Shown here: positions 33,235 to 43,438 of the stretch, piece by piece
Position numbering within the stretch: the stretch's first letter is position 1
Layout: every line of letters begins with the position of its first letter
Source: a virus
IMG/VR virus record: IMGVR_UViG_3300022745_000018
Span: 64,001-128,000 of that record
DNA: 64,000 nucleotides
Strand: one strand, 5' to 3'
Translations under genes and position numbers: made by a program
The notes under the pieces: model-generated
Told to the model about the DNA's origin: nothing
Seen by the model: only the letters and a program-made list of their open reading frames with translations
The model's database searches: none

Positions 33235-33408
33235 TTACCTCACATACCTATAATATTCGTTTGCTTCTTCTTCGTCGTCAAACCCAAATTCCTCTAGGTT
33301 ATCGACATACCGTTTCTTTCTAACGATCTGAGCGATTGTCTTGTGTTCTACGTGACTCTGGTTGTCAAAGTCTCTTTTGTCGTCTTCACGATGACTGAAC
33401 TTCTTCAT
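33235..33408 (-). CDS. Small charged protein (57 aa, not in ORF track)
   Basis: MKKFSHREDDKRDFDNQ...ELYRYVR; fills the gap after gp59. Confidence 0.5.
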   Translation of the reverse strand: MKKFSHREDDKRDFDNQSHVEHKTIAQIVRKKRYVDNLEEFGFDDEEEANEYYRYVR

Positions 33409-33937
33409 GAACTAAATCTCTGTATTTAGAAGGATTGAAAAATGCACGGTACTTAATGATCTTTTCAATTGGTCGTTTGAGATACAGAACATCTAAATCG
33501 TTCCGCATCTCTGTCAACTCTTTGCAATCAGGATCCCTGCATAAAATATATTCAGGCGGAATCCTATTTGCCATGAATCCAAGAATCAGATTCTGCATGT
33601 TGGACTCGCGGTGCAATTCGTTCATTTCCCTAATGAGATATGAAGCCGAATCTCTTCTACCAATCATGCGATTACTGCATTCTCGTACAGATTCCTTGGA
33701 AGCATATCGCACATCTACATCAGATAGTTCGCACTCAACCGAAGTCAACACCAACATCTCTTTTGTTTTGTACTCATTCGCAAACCATTCAAACTTGAAC
33801 ATCTGTGCCTCTGACATGGATTCAAGTTTCTTATTGATGTTAGCAGTGTTGCATCCATACTTCGCCATTTGATAGGAAAAGTTCTTGAAATGCAAATGAG
33901 TTGCATACCAATACTTGAATGCTTGAAAGCGGTTCAT
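33386..33937 (-). CDS. 59: Helicase loader gp59-like
   Basis: FQAFKYWYATHLHF...Y...KYG N-terminus, KIIKYRAFF C-terminus; synteny with gp33 and rnh. Confidence 0.75.
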   Translation of the reverse strand: MNRFQAFKYWYATHLHFKNFSYQMAKYGCNTANINKKLESMSEAQMFKFEWFANEYKTKEMLVLTSVECELSDVDVRYASKESVRECSNRMIGRRDSASYLIREMNELHRESNMQNLILGFMANRIPPEYILCRDPDCKELTEMRNDLDVLYLKRPIEKIIKYRAFFNPSKYRDLVHEEVQSS

Positions 33938-34185
33938 AGATCATCAATTGCGTTATTTTGACTTTTTGCTAGACCAGATTCAATTGCACATGCTTTCAAT
34001 TTCTCAACAAGAACTGGCGTCATGAATTCAACCAGCTCATCGGGATCTTTATCAGCCTCGTCGGCGAACGCCAACACAGCATCAAAGTAAGACATCCCAG
34101 TCAGAACCATCTCCTCAATCTTCAACGAAAAATTCGCTTTAGATAGAAAGATGTTTTTGTCCAAAGGCTGCTCAATCAATTCCAT
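33934..34185 (-). CDS. 33: Late transcription co-activator gp33
   Basis: FSLKIEEMV..GMSYFDAVL.F...LVEKLK..A. Confidence 0.8.
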   Translation of the reverse strand: MELIEQPLDKNIFLSKANFSLKIEEMVLTGMSYFDAVLAFADEADKDPDELVEFMTPVLVEKLKACAIESGLAKSQNNAIDDL

Positions 34186-34642
34186 GTTCTTTCCTATATG
34201 TCAGAATTTCAAACAACTTCTTTGCATATCTGTATTTGGCATCAAGTTCTCGCCAGATTCTCCAGCCAGTGAAGTCAATTTCATCCATTGGAAATACTTC
34301 AGAAACTTCTTCGTCGAGTAACATGAAATTCAGAGCGGCTCTGTAACCATTCATGCAAGCTTCCACTTGATTCAATTTCAATGGAGCGATCATTGCTTGA
34401 CTATTACATGCATTCTCTGCCCAATCTTCGCCATCGTTGAATTTTTCAATGGTCAGAATAGGACTGAGGTGCTGAGCCAAGCTCGGATAGATCACTTGAT
34501 TGATTTCACAAGCAACTTGCACGAAATCCGAACTGTCTTCAATAACGGCATTCTTTAGAGAGGACAGAACGAATTTCTCTTTTTCCTTAATCGTCATCTG
34601 TTTAGTTGCGGTCATTTCTTGATCGAATCCAAAAATGAACAC
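34172..34642 (-). CDS. Hypothetical protein (start uncertain)
   Basis: ORF between rnh and gp33. Confidence 0.6.
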   Translation of the reverse strand: MFIFGFDQEMTATKQMTIKEKEKFVLSSLKNAVIEDSSDFVQVACEINQVIYPSLAQHLSPILTIEKFNDGEDWAENACNSQAMIAPLKLNQVEACMNGYRAALNFMLLDEEVSEVFPMDEIDFTGWRIWRELDAKYRYAKKLFEILTYRKEHGID

Positions 34643-35034
34643 AACACTTCATGAGTCAGCTTCGAGTATTTTGAAGCCAGATCTTTCTTCAGTACGAGGG
34701 CTAGTGCATCGCTCTCATCTTTGTGGAGAATCTGCATCAACCAACCCAGACGATTTGCACGAACGTGTTTGGTGATTTTCATTTCAAACAGATTCTCAAT
34801 AGTCATTGATGTCTGCTTATTGAAAAGGATAGCACCTTCGGTACCGCGAGGATATTCAACACCTTTCACGGTGGCGATATCGAAATCCAACCAACGGTCA
34901 TCGGTGGCCAATTCAATGTAGAACTTAAGATAGTGAGCCTCTTTGGAAGCATTCTTAAGGAATTCAGCTGGATCGGCGCTTTCATTTGCTTTAGCAAGTA
35001 CCTCGTCCAACATATCGTATGCAATCTTGATCAT
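34612..35034 (-). CDS. T4-like protein typically downstream of RNase H
   Basis: ILHKDESDAL..VLKKDL..KY..LT motif; position. Confidence 0.65.
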   Translation of the reverse strand: MIKIAYDMLDEVLAKANESADPAEFLKNASKEAHYLKFYIELATDDRWLDFDIATVKGVEYPRGTEGAILFNKQTSMTIENLFEMKITKHVRANRLGWLMQILHKDESDALALVLKKDLASKYSKLTHEVLCSFLDSIKK

Positions 35035-35969
35035 TAGAAAAAATCTCCGATTTTGGTGTATAGTTCTTTCATCCCTCGAGACGAAAGGTGGTTCAAGAGT
35101 TTCATTTTGTTGAAATTTCTTTGATTGGTTGATTCATTATAACATTCAACGATGCCCGTGTAAATTTCTTTTGGGATCCTTCGATAGTCAATGAGAGTTC
35201 TGTTTCTATCGAATCCAGCTCTGATGTCGTCAGGCTGCCCTTCATGTGGCTCACGACCTGCTTTATGAGCGGTAATGAATGATGCACAAAATTTCTCGGT
35301 AATTGGTTTCTGACGGTCGTTGTTGACGAATGTATTATCTCCCATTCGGATGTTGGGGATGTCGTCACCCCCGTCACCACCAATAATCTTCTTCAGTAGA
35401 TAGATGTCGGCTGAGCAATCGCCTTTCACCATCTTCTTCTTGACCGGATGCCATTGCTTGACATTTTTGTATGTCTGCAATTGATAGTGATCTGTGTCGG
35501 AACTGATGATGAGGATTTCTTCTACTTCTGGATCGCCAAAGATGTTGGTGTCTTCGCTAACACGTTCAGAAACACGTTTCACTAAAGCACCGATGATGTC
35601 ATCACCTTCCGCTTTAGGATATTTCACCACAGTGAAAGGATAGAAGTTTTTCAGATCTTCGATGATTGAATTCTGAACTTCTCCAATGAACTTCCAATCG
35701 ATGCCGCTTTCGTCCGAACCACGATTCAAACGACGGCGGTACTTATAGTTCGGAAAATAGTCACGGCGCCATGAACTGTTGTCGCATGCAATCACCATCT
35801 CCGTCCCATATGTTGGTTTGTGTTTGACGAAATTGAAACGCAACGAATTCAAGACAGTGTGAGTTAGAATGTTCTTCGATTCTTCACACGGATTCATTGC
35901 CGCCGACTTCAGAACTCCATCCGTATGAATGGGAGCCAAGAAGATTTGAGAAAAGTCTACGATGATCAT
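35034..35969 (-). CDS. rnh: RNase H / 5'-3' exonuclease (T4 rnh)
   Basis: MIIVDFSQI, WRRDYFPNYK..R, AEGDDIIG, SSDTD..QLQ, GDGGDDIPN. Confidence 0.93.
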   Translation of the reverse strand: MIIVDFSQIFLAPIHTDGVLKSAAMNPCEESKNILTHTVLNSLRFNFVKHKPTYGTEMVIACDNSSWRRDYFPNYKYRRRLNRGSDESGIDWKFIGEVQNSIIEDLKNFYPFTVVKYPKAEGDDIIGALVKRVSERVSEDTNIFGDPEVEEILIISSDTDHYQLQTYKNVKQWHPVKKKMVKGDCSADIYLLKKIIGGDGGDDIPNIRMGDNTFVNNDRQKPITEKFCASFITAHKAGREPHEGQPDDIRAGFDRNRTLIDYRRIPKEIYTGIVECYNESTNQRNFNKMKLLNHLSSRGMKELYTKIGDFF

Positions 35970-36157
35970 CGTGAAAATACCTTACAGATCAACCAAAACA
36001 CAATAAAGAACTGCCACCATTTTGGTGATCTAATGACAGGATGTGTCGTCTCTGGAAGTTTAGCCGCGAAATGCAACCAACACTTCCACGAAACGTAATA
36101 CAAAATCAAAAACCAAATGTAGGACATCTTAGTCTTTGAATTTTTCCAACCATGCAT
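35966..36157 (-). CDS. Small membrane protein
   Basis: Two hydrophobic aromatic segments. Confidence 0.45.
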   Translation of the reverse strand: MHGWKNSKTKMSYIWFLILYYVSWKCWLHFAAKLPETTHPVIRSPKWWQFFIVFWLICKVFSR

Positions 36158-37160
36158 TGGAAACAGCTTTCACAATTTCCTTACCATCGGTTGATTTGAA
36201 CACCAAGCCTTCACGTAGAGTTCCCGTTGTACCCAAAACAGATTTACCATCCGCCGCTTCAAGAATCTTCTTGATTGTATCGCCGGGTTTGAACTTGAAC
36301 GACACATAATTGAAAATCGGTGCTTGCGGTAGAGCCATCTTTGTCAACAAATCTTGGCGTTCGATTGGTGTCAGGAAATTTCCATTCGATTGCACTGTAA
36401 ACAGAGCTAGATAAGTCTGATTGAGATTGTATTTGTTGCCTTGTACACTGTTGCCGTAGATTTCACCCTGGAGAGCATAACCATCCAGATTGTATGCACG
36501 CATCCGCTGTTCAATCTCATATTCACGAGCAGTCTTCCAGTAGAGATTCTGTTTGTCTTCAACGAGATTGATGTTACGTGAACAGACAATGAATTCGCCA
36601 TCGATCAGAGCAAACGTGACAGACGTTCCGTCGATCTTTTCAGACACTTCCCAAGTCATTTCAGATTCAATCCATTGTTCCAATGAACGATTGAGGTTCT
36701 GAATTCGTTCGCAATCTGTTTTACGGATAGTGGCGGGGAAATTGCCCTTCTGAACTCCAGCCAAACAAGCTGGAATCGGTGGTTCGTATTTGAGGACACC
36801 TAGAAGCTCAGTTACATCGGAACCAGGTTCAAGGAGCGACAATTCTTGCTTGATGGTGATAGGCAACAGCAATCCCTGTGACAGTTCACCGCGGAGACGA
36901 ATTGTCCGCAGTTTTTCACCTTTCACACCACAGTATTCACGCGGTTCTTTTCCTTTAGAGAGGAACGGTGCCAATTCAGTTGGGACCCACGAATCGACTT
37001 CAAAGTAGACCGCGACATCACCAGCTTTGAATTCGCCTTTTCGGATGACGACTTGCCAACCACCAATCATCGCAAGTTCGAGGGAATCCGCATTTGAGTG
37101 AACATTGACTGAATCGATATTCACAATCTTCGCAAGTTTTCGTTTGATTTCATCTTCCAT
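36129..37160 (-). CDS. RNA ligase, DRB0094/Rnl2-like, with N-terminal OB (tRNA-binding-like) domain
   Basis: RKLA...HSNADSLELA.IGGWQVV, LRGELSQGL, KTDCERIQN, EKIDGTS, QGEIYG, REGLVFK. Confidence 0.9.
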   Translation of the reverse strand: MEDEIKRKLAKIVNIDSVNVHSNADSLELAMIGGWQVVIRKGEFKAGDVAVYFEVDSWVPTELAPFLSKGKEPREYCGVKGEKLRTIRLRGELSQGLLLPITIKQELSLLEPGSDVTELLGVLKYEPPIPACLAGVQKGNFPATIRKTDCERIQNLNRSLEQWIESEMTWEVSEKIDGTSVTFALIDGEFIVCSRNINLVEDKQNLYWKTAREYEIEQRMRAYNLDGYALQGEIYGNSVQGNKYNLNQTYLALFTVQSNGNFLTPIERQDLLTKMALPQAPIFNYVSFKFKPGDTIKKILEAADGKSVLGTTGTLREGLVFKSTDGKEIVKAVSNAWLEKFKD

Positions 37161-37202
37161 TCACATACTCCTTCATGATGTTAATTTTTTGTCCACGGGA
37201 TG

Positions 37203-37228
37203 ATTGTATCAAGAATCTTTCATGTGGT
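37203..37228 (-). promoter_or_regulatory. ACYACA-box promoter upstream of the RNA ligase
   Basis: ACCACA-14nt-TACAAT. Confidence 0.65.
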
Positions 37229-37237
37229 AGTTATCTA

Positions 37238-37897
37238 TCAAACACGGAAAGCAAATCTAATGTCATCGCTGATGGTGCTAAGAGATAGTGACTTGTCTCC
37301 AACAATGATCAAAGAACCTCCGTTCGTTCCGATTGAAAAATGAACGAAGTCCATCATTTCACGCAAATCTCTATCAGATGCTATTGAAGGTTCGTCAATA
37401 GCCAACAGATCAAGTCTCATGCCTCTGGTGGCCGATATTCCAATAGTGTTATAGAAAATCTTTGAATGATTATCAAACCCCATACAAGATGCGCAATTTA
37501 CATCCAATTCGAGCTTCATGAAATCTGGCATATTCTGATGCATGTACCAGATTATCGATCTGATGGCATCACCCATCTTTCGATTCGGTGTAGCGCACAT
37601 GCATATTACGTCTTGTTTGAATCTAGCAAACCAATATACATATGCCGCTAAAATAGTAGTCGTCTCACCGGTCGAACGTTCGGCTTGCCAAACAACTTTC
37701 TTTTCGGTAACAAAGCTCTTGATAACATTCTGTTGCTCATCGGATAGTTTCAAAAGAACTTTAGAGTTTGCGCGATCGTAAATGTTAGACTCGTCTGTAC
37801 CATTCCAAACATAACAATAGTTGCTAATGAAATAGATCGGGTCTTCAGCACACCTCTTAAACTCTATCAGTTCTTCGGTATTAGACACAAATTTCAT
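37238..37897 (-). CDS. Truncated paralogue of the large terminase (gp17) ATPase domain with a degenerate Walker A
   Basis: EFKRCAEDPIYFISNYCYV gp17 N-terminus; RSTGETT instead of RQxGKT; RGMRLDLLAIDE Walker B; no nuclease domain. Confidence 0.75.
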   Translation of the reverse strand: MKFVSNTEELIEFKRCAEDPIYFISNYCYVWNGTDESNIYDRANSKVLLKLSDEQQNVIKSFVTEKKVVWQAERSTGETTTILAAYVYWFARFKQDVICMCATPNRKMGDAIRSIIWYMHQNMPDFMKLELDVNCASCMGFDNHSKIFYNTIGISATRGMRLDLLAIDEPSIASDRDLREMMDFVHFSIGTNGGSLIIVGDKSLSLSTISDDIRFAFRV

Positions 37898-38367
37898 TTC
37901 AGAACCTCTGGTGCAAGTCTTTCCATGATATCGTTCAATTCAGTAAACGATAGAGACATCGACAATCTTGTTCCAATGTCCGCATTCTTGACGCGGGCAC
38001 TCAAGTAGATGGTGCTACAGATGGATAGTTTGAAGACGTTATCCAAGATATCTTCTTCTTTTTCCATGACTAAGGACTCTGCTTGAGAAACAATTGCACT
38101 CAATAGAGACAGATTCTTAGCGGCTTCCTTTTCAGGTAGTGTGTACTGTTCGATATTCTTGACGTTGAGGATAACATCGATAGTACCCTCACTAAAGAAG
38201 ACGAACCACCCAATGTCGGATGTAGATAATGAGTCTAGAAGGTCTTGCACCGTATAGTATGTACGATCCTGTAGCATCTTGGCTGCGTGACGAACTAGAA
38301 GCGGTAGAGATGTGTCCGTGATAATCAATTGCGGATTGACGTACATCTGTTCAAAGGAATCACTCAT
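37894..38367 (-). CDS. Hypothetical protein
   Basis: 157-aa coupled ORF. Confidence 0.6.
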   Translation of the reverse strand: MSDSFEQMYVNPQLIITDTSLPLLVRHAAKMLQDRTYYTVQDLLDSLSTSDIGWFVFFSEGTIDVILNVKNIEQYTLPEKEAAKNLSLLSAIVSQAESLVMEKEEDILDNVFKLSICSTIYLSARVKNADIGTRLSMSLSFTELNDIMERLAPEVLK

Positions 38368-39664
38368 TAAGCATCTCCAAATATCTTTCAGTTGGTGTTA
38401 CCTTTGATAAAGCAGCGAATTCCGATTCGCATTTCTTGATTTCAAGTCTAAGACTCTCCACCTCATCGGTCGTACAGTTATATAACGGAATGCCAGTGAA
38501 CTTACTTCCGTATTCTTGAGTAGTAATGTTTTCTTGAATGTATTCAAGAAGCTGGCTCTTGGACGTCTTCCTAAAATCAATCTTATTGGCGATCACTGCC
38601 TCAATGAATTTGATTTTGTCCTTCAAGAATGCCGAACGGTCACTAAGGTTCTTCAGTTCATATTCAAGTTTCTCAGAAACTTTCTTTGTTCTGTATTGCA
38701 CGAAATAGTGAACGAGTTCAGCGACAGAATTGAAGATCTTCAGTTTCCCATCAACATCGAGTGTTGTTAGATTCTCTGAATGGTTCTTTTCAAGTTTGAA
38801 GTACTTATGCGGGTTCTTTTCAATCTTTGACTTCTGTTCACCAGAGACTCTGACTGTAAACCCAAATCCTTCACCGGAACAATTGTCGGTGTAATCGCGA
38901 ATTAGACCTTCGTTCTCAAGTTCGTTCAAGAACTCAACATATTTTTCACGGTCATATCCGATAGGCAACTCAGTGATTTCGTATGTGTATTTACCGACAT
39001 ACTCAATGATGCCTCTAGTTCTCCAAGAACCGTCTTCATTATCAACAACCTCTCCTCTGAAATGAGGGAATGTTGGTTTGATTGGTTTATTGGCCGCTAA
39101 GTATGCATCGGGGTTCTTGATACATTTCTTGACGGCATCAACAACATCATTGGTGGAATGAGGTAAAATTGTGGATGCGAAACCAACCGCGATCCCTGAT
39201 GTACCATTGATCAAAATCCAAGGGATGATTGGGAGATAGTGAGCTGGTTCTGGATTGTCTTGATCCAAAGCCTTGGGAGCAACTTCGATATCTCTGAACC
39301 ACCGTTTGTAGTTTTCTGATAGAGAAACATAGATGTAACGTGGAGCAGCTGCATCTTGAATCAAACGACTGCCGAAGTTGCCGTGGGCTTGAAAGATTGG
39401 TGCATTGTTTGACCATTCGGCGGCCATACCAATGACAGCACCAATCGCGGACGCTTCTCCGTGATTGTAATTATACCTAGAGATTGAGCCTAAGTCAGCG
39501 CATTTAGTCTTCTTACCACCGTAACCATCAATAGATGCATATAGCAATTTCCTAGTGACGGCTTTCAGTCCATCGATGACATGAGGGATCGCTCTATTCT
39601 CAAGCACATACATTGAGTACTGTCGGTACTCATCGTTGATAATTTCTGAGATTGATTTGTTCAT
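38360..39664 (-). CDS. 52: Type II topoisomerase medium subunit (gp52)
   Basis: RAIPH.IDGLK, YNHGE, HGNFGSR...AAAPRY catalytic Tyr, NGTSGIAVGF. Confidence 0.95.
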   Translation of the reverse strand: MNKSISEIINDEYRQYSMYVLENRAIPHVIDGLKAVTRKLLYASIDGYGGKKTKCADLGSISRYNYNHGEASAIGAVIGMAAEWSNNAPIFQAHGNFGSRLIQDAAAPRYIYVSLSENYKRWFRDIEVAPKALDQDNPEPAHYLPIIPWILINGTSGIAVGFASTILPHSTNDVVDAVKKCIKNPDAYLAANKPIKPTFPHFRGEVVDNEDGSWRTRGIIEYVGKYTYEITELPIGYDREKYVEFLNELENEGLIRDYTDNCSGEGFGFTVRVSGEQKSKIEKNPHKYFKLEKNHSENLTTLDVDGKLKIFNSVAELVHYFVQYRTKKVSEKLEYELKNLSDRSAFLKDKIKFIEAVIANKIDFRKTSKSQLLEYIQENITTQEYGSKFTGIPLYNCTTDEVESLRLEIKKCESEFAALSKVTPTERYLEMLNE

Positions 39665-41517
39665 TTCTTGATCATTTCACAGGCAGAAGACAAACCTTCA
39701 CCAACAAGCCATTCTTTTCTAGGTAATGAAGATTCGCCGAATGCCATTTCCAATGGAGCGAAGTCGTCCGCAGTAACTTCCATGATGACTGGGTTGTTAA
39801 TGAATTCCTTGTAGACTTCTTTCGGCATTGTGCCGAGACCTTTGTAATAACTGACGTCCCAACCTTTTGAATTGAAAGCAGCATACTCTTCATGCGTATA
39901 GAAGATCTTCATCTGCTTACCTTTTCGGCAATCATACAGAGGAGCTAACATTCTACAGATTCGTTTCTCAGTGAACAATTCTGGCCAATTGCTAAACAGA
40001 TTGAGTAGCAAACAGAAGATCGCGGCTCCATCGGTATCGCTATCTGTGATGATAGCGATCTTGCCGTAATTCAAATCAGTTGCCTTCTTCCCGAATTCCA
40101 AACCAATGATCGATAGCAATTCAGAGATTTCTTTGTTCTCCATGATTTTTAGAGGGCGCATCCCACGGACATTCATGATCTTACCCTTAAGTGGGTAGCC
40201 GCCAATCTTCTTCGGATCGCGAACGGCAATCAATGGACCGATAGCAGATAGACCCTCAGCGATGCAAAGGATTCTGTTTTCAGGATTCTTATCTGTAGCG
40301 GCAATGTGGTTGACGACAGTAATTCGTTTAGATTGTTTCTGTTTTGCCGCGAGTTCCCTACGTTCAGCCAAGTCCTTCTTATATAGGATAGCCTCAATCA
40401 TCGGATCAATGATTGACGGTGTGGAAACAATCTTTTTGGAAATCGATTCAAAATCAACCGACGCAAAGATAGGACTGACTTCACCCCAAGAATTTGTGAT
40501 GCGCTCCTTCGTCTGAGATTCAAAACGAGGAGCATTGAAATTCCGAACCCAGATCGCAAAAAGTAAATGCTGTTTGATCTGATTCGGAAGAACATCAATC
40601 TTGTGCTTCTTCTTGATAAAAGCACGAAGAGATTCGATGATTTGTTGCAAGCCATAGTCCACATGAGAACCACCCAGCTTCACATGAATACCGTTCAGAT
40701 AACTGTGAACTCGGAATTCTTCATTAGCACCTGATGGAGCCAAGACAAATGCTAGTCCAGAATCTTCGTGATAGATGGCATCATCGTGGAATTTCTTCGC
40801 AATCTGTTTGATGTTCTTGAACTGAATCTTGGTTGTCTCTGAACCGATCGTCAGTTTGAACGTGATCTTTGGATACATAATGGCTGCATTCACCAGACGA
40901 TCACGAATCATGTCAATATGATCCTCAGTGAATTCCTTTAGACCGAATCTAGCCAAATCTGGAATGAACGATACGATGGTACCACGTTCTTTTCCACCGC
41001 TTTCGATTTTCCAATCCATCTCTGCCCGATTGTTCTTACAAAGAAGGACGAGTTTCTTTTTACCGTCACGAGTCTCTCCTCTAAATTCAGTAGAGAAGAT
41101 ATTCGTCAGCGCCGCCCCCATCCCGTTCGTTCCACCGGTGATTCGTTTTGAATCATCGAAGTTAGAACCAGCACGCAACTCAGTCCATGCCCAAACTGGA
41201 CGTGGTTTACCATCAATGATCTCTTGAGGAATGCCACGTCCATTATCTGATACAGTGATCATCGTACCGTTATAGGTATCCGCAATCTCTAGACCAATTT
41301 CTGTAGAGAATTCACCAGAAGTACGAATATGCTCATCAATAGAATTCTGAATGATTTCGTCGATGATCTTCAATAGACCAGGGACTACGATCTTTTTCTG
41401 CCAGACACAATCAATGATGCCTTCATATGGTTCTGCAGTGATAGATCCGATGTAAACACCAGATCTAGCAAGCGCATGCTCACGGTCAGATAATACCTTG
41501 AATTCTTCGGTCGTCAT
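39661..41517 (-). CDS. 39: Type II topoisomerase large subunit (fused gp39+gp60)
   Basis: EIIQNSIDE, DNGRGIP, GSNF, GTNGMG GHKL motifs; AEGLSA, PLKGK, DSDTDG TOPRIM; YYKGLG. Confidence 0.95.
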   Translation of the reverse strand: MTTEEFKVLSDREHALARSGVYIGSITAEPYEGIIDCVWQKKIVVPGLLKIIDEIIQNSIDEHIRTSGEFSTEIGLEIADTYNGTMITVSDNGRGIPQEIIDGKPRPVWAWTELRAGSNFDDSKRITGGTNGMGAALTNIFSTEFRGETRDGKKKLVLLCKNNRAEMDWKIESGGKERGTIVSFIPDLARFGLKEFTEDHIDMIRDRLVNAAIMYPKITFKLTIGSETTKIQFKNIKQIAKKFHDDAIYHEDSGLAFVLAPSGANEEFRVHSYLNGIHVKLGGSHVDYGLQQIIESLRAFIKKKHKIDVLPNQIKQHLLFAIWVRNFNAPRFESQTKERITNSWGEVSPIFASVDFESISKKIVSTPSIIDPMIEAILYKKDLAERRELAAKQKQSKRITVVNHIAATDKNPENRILCIAEGLSAIGPLIAVRDPKKIGGYPLKGKIMNVRGMRPLKIMENKEISELLSIIGLEFGKKATDLNYGKIAIITDSDTDGAAIFCLLLNLFSNWPELFTEKRICRMLAPLYDCRKGKQMKIFYTHEEYAAFNSKGWDVSYYKGLGTMPKEVYKEFINNPVIMEVTADDFAPLEMAFGESSLPRKEWLVGEGLSSACEMIKK

Positions 41518-41996
41518 TTTACCAGCAAAGAGTTGACTTCTTTCTCCAGAATTTTGGAGATGAATGCATGAGAGAAGTCGTACATATTCATATTATCGAC
41601 GACGTTCTTGGATAGAACAAAGCCGATAGAAGAATTTTCCAAAACCAATTGTTTGAATTCAGATAGTTGAATCACACCACATTGATTCCTCGGAGCTTTC
41701 TTTCCAGTCACGTATGCAACCAAACGCTCAAGAGCGGTAGCGCGACCAACCTTCTTATCGTAAGGCAGACGAAGATCTGCACTATGCATCTTTGCGTATG
41801 CAAAGATAATAGAATCATCACAGCGTGCATAAGCAATCGTGAATCTTGGGTATGATGCTTCTTGCGTCACTTCCCATTTTTCAATTGGCAACGACTTTGA
41901 TCTTGGTTGCCACCAAGACTTTGCATGCACATACCGTACTGAAGATGTTTCATATTCAGTGTCATATGCGGCACTTTTGAAGTCACTTTCATTCAT
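41514..41996 (-). CDS. Hypothetical protein
   Basis: 160-aa ORF coupled to topoisomerase, AAGG RBS. Confidence 0.65.
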   Translation of the reverse strand: MNESDFKSAAYDTEYETSSVRYVHAKSWWQPRSKSLPIEKWEVTQEASYPRFTIAYARCDDSIIFAYAKMHSADLRLPYDKKVGRATALERLVAYVTGKKAPRNQCGVIQLSEFKQLVLENSSIGFVLSKNVVDNMNMYDFSHAFISKILEKEVNSLLVK

Positions 41997-42147
41997 GATC
42001 TACCTTCTTTCTATGTTTCTGATTTCGAGACTTTTCCAAATATTTCTTCCGATTTTTATGTACACCACACCGATTATATTGCCGAGAATGTTTCGCGACA
42101 TAATTTCGTTGTTTTACTTTTGGTGCAGACATATCTAAAATTCAATG

Positions 42148-42238
42148 TGGTACCCGAAACCGGACTTGAACCGGTACGCCATCTGATCGTAGCGGCGGAT
42201 TTTAAGTCCGCTGTGTCTACCAATTTCACCATCCGGGC
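42148..42238 (-). tRNA. tRNA-Leu(TAA), isolated, with its own promoter
   Basis: GCGGA-CTTAAAA-TCCGC, long variable arm, A-CCA. Confidence 0.92.
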
Positions 42239-42252
42239 ACTATCACAAATCA

Positions 42253-42279
42253 ATTGTACACTATCAGCGATAATGTAGT
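42253..42279 (-). promoter_or_regulatory. ACYACA-box promoter for tRNA-Leu(TAA)
   Basis: ACTACA-15nt-TACAAT. Confidence 0.7.
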
Positions 42280-42282
42280 TGT

Positions 42283-42555
42283 TTAAAATGGATGGCTTGA
42301 AGTTTTGTTCAACCGTGAGCCGGGTGCTTCGGCATGTATCTTCTTGAGAACATCGCGGAAGCCATTATCAATTCGCCCATACCCAGAAGTAACTGCTGAG
42401 TACGAAATTGCGGCCGAAGAAACACAACGGGTCAGCGACCCAACTTCATTACATGATGGACATACATCTGTAGCCACCTCATCTCTATCTGAAATCCTTT
42501 TGGATAATTCAGTTCTTGTTCCGCATTTGGAACAAGCATAATCATACAGCGCCAT
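42283..42555 (-). CDS. FmdB-family zinc-ribbon protein
   Basis: YDYACSKCG...CPSC; GFRDVLKKIH...PGS. Confidence 0.85.
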   Translation of the reverse strand: MALYDYACSKCGTRTELSKRISDRDEVATDVCPSCNEVGSLTRCVSSAAISYSAVTSGYGRIDNGFRDVLKKIHAEAPGSRLNKTSSHPF

Positions 42556-42778
42556 CTTGTTTCTCCGTGAGCTTTACTAATTTTGCTGAGAACATCAAGT
42601 CATCGACGATGGCATTCGGTAGAACAAAGAACATTCTAATGAATGCAAATCCCAATCTAATCGTGTTCATGAAGAAATGAAAGAATGTTAAACCGATGGC
42701 TAAAACAGACACAACGAGTTGATCTTTTAGATCTAAATGAACAGACTGAATTTCTTCTCTACTGAATTTCTTTTCCAA
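42542..42778 (-). CDS. Hypothetical membrane protein
   Basis: Hydrophobic ORF in the operon. Confidence 0.45.
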   Translation of the reverse strand: MEKKFSREEIQSVHLDLKDQLVVSVLAIGLTFFHFFMNTIRLGFAFIRMFFVLPNAIVDDLMFSAKLVKLTEKQDGAV

Positions 42779-42936
42779 CTGAGTCCTCTTCTGCGGTGTC
42801 TACAATAACCACACTGGATTTATCAACTTCACCACAGACATGACATCTGAAGCCGACGAAAACATAATTTCGATCACGCCAAGTAATGACGTCACCGGTA
42901 TTCGTCTTCATTAGATGTGAGAGCCAATGCTTAAAC

Positions 42937-43290
42937 TTATTGACCATTTCGACCACGTTGATATGCATCTGCTTCTGCTGCACGCTGAATCTCAAGCATA
43001 CGGTCAACTCGACCTTTGCAGTATGCAAGAGCCACGGAATCATTCACATATGCTCCACAGTAATCAACATAGGGTCCATAGGACGGCGGTTGTCGGTTGA
43101 CTTGAACTGGCACAGGGATTCCGATTGGTACACCGGGTGCATAGATGACGGCTGGTTCTGGAGTCTTCGTGACTTGTGTGAATAGACGATAGACGCCTGC
43201 ACCAACAATGGCTGCTTCACCTTCACTCAATCTAGCGTGAGCGAATGTACATGTGAAAATAGTCAGAGCAATCAAAAATTTCTTGAACAT
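42937..43290 (-). CDS. Secreted/periplasmic hypothetical protein
   Basis: MFKKFLIALTIFTCTFAHA signal peptide, AAGGA RBS. Confidence 0.65.
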   Translation of the reverse strand: MFKKFLIALTIFTCTFAHARLSEGEAAIVGAGVYRLFTQVTKTPEPAVIYAPGVPIGIPVPVQVNRQPPSYGPYVDYCGAYVNDSVALAYCKGRVDRMLEIQRAAEADAYQRGRNGQ

Positions 43291-43315
43291 ACAAATCCTT
43301 TCAATGATTTGATCC

Positions 43316-43342
43316 ATTATTGCACATTTAACGAAATGTAGT
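43316..43342 (-). promoter_or_regulatory. ACYACA-box promoter
   Basis: ACTACA-15nt-AATAAT. Confidence 0.55.
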
Positions 43343-43438
43343 AGTTCGTTAAAATGCCCGATAATGAAATAACACAATTAGATGTGGTATCCAATATCGG
43401 GCATGGATCTAGACGAATCTAAACGATTCTACGACCAA

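Noticed and set aside
37238-37897. The functional large terminase, or an intron-split first exon of it
   Set aside because: The Walker A lysine is missing, and a promoter and RNA ligase follow instead of an intron or nuclease half.
39661-41517. T4 gene 60-type translational bypass
   Set aside because: The gp39 and gp60 portions form one uninterrupted ORF.
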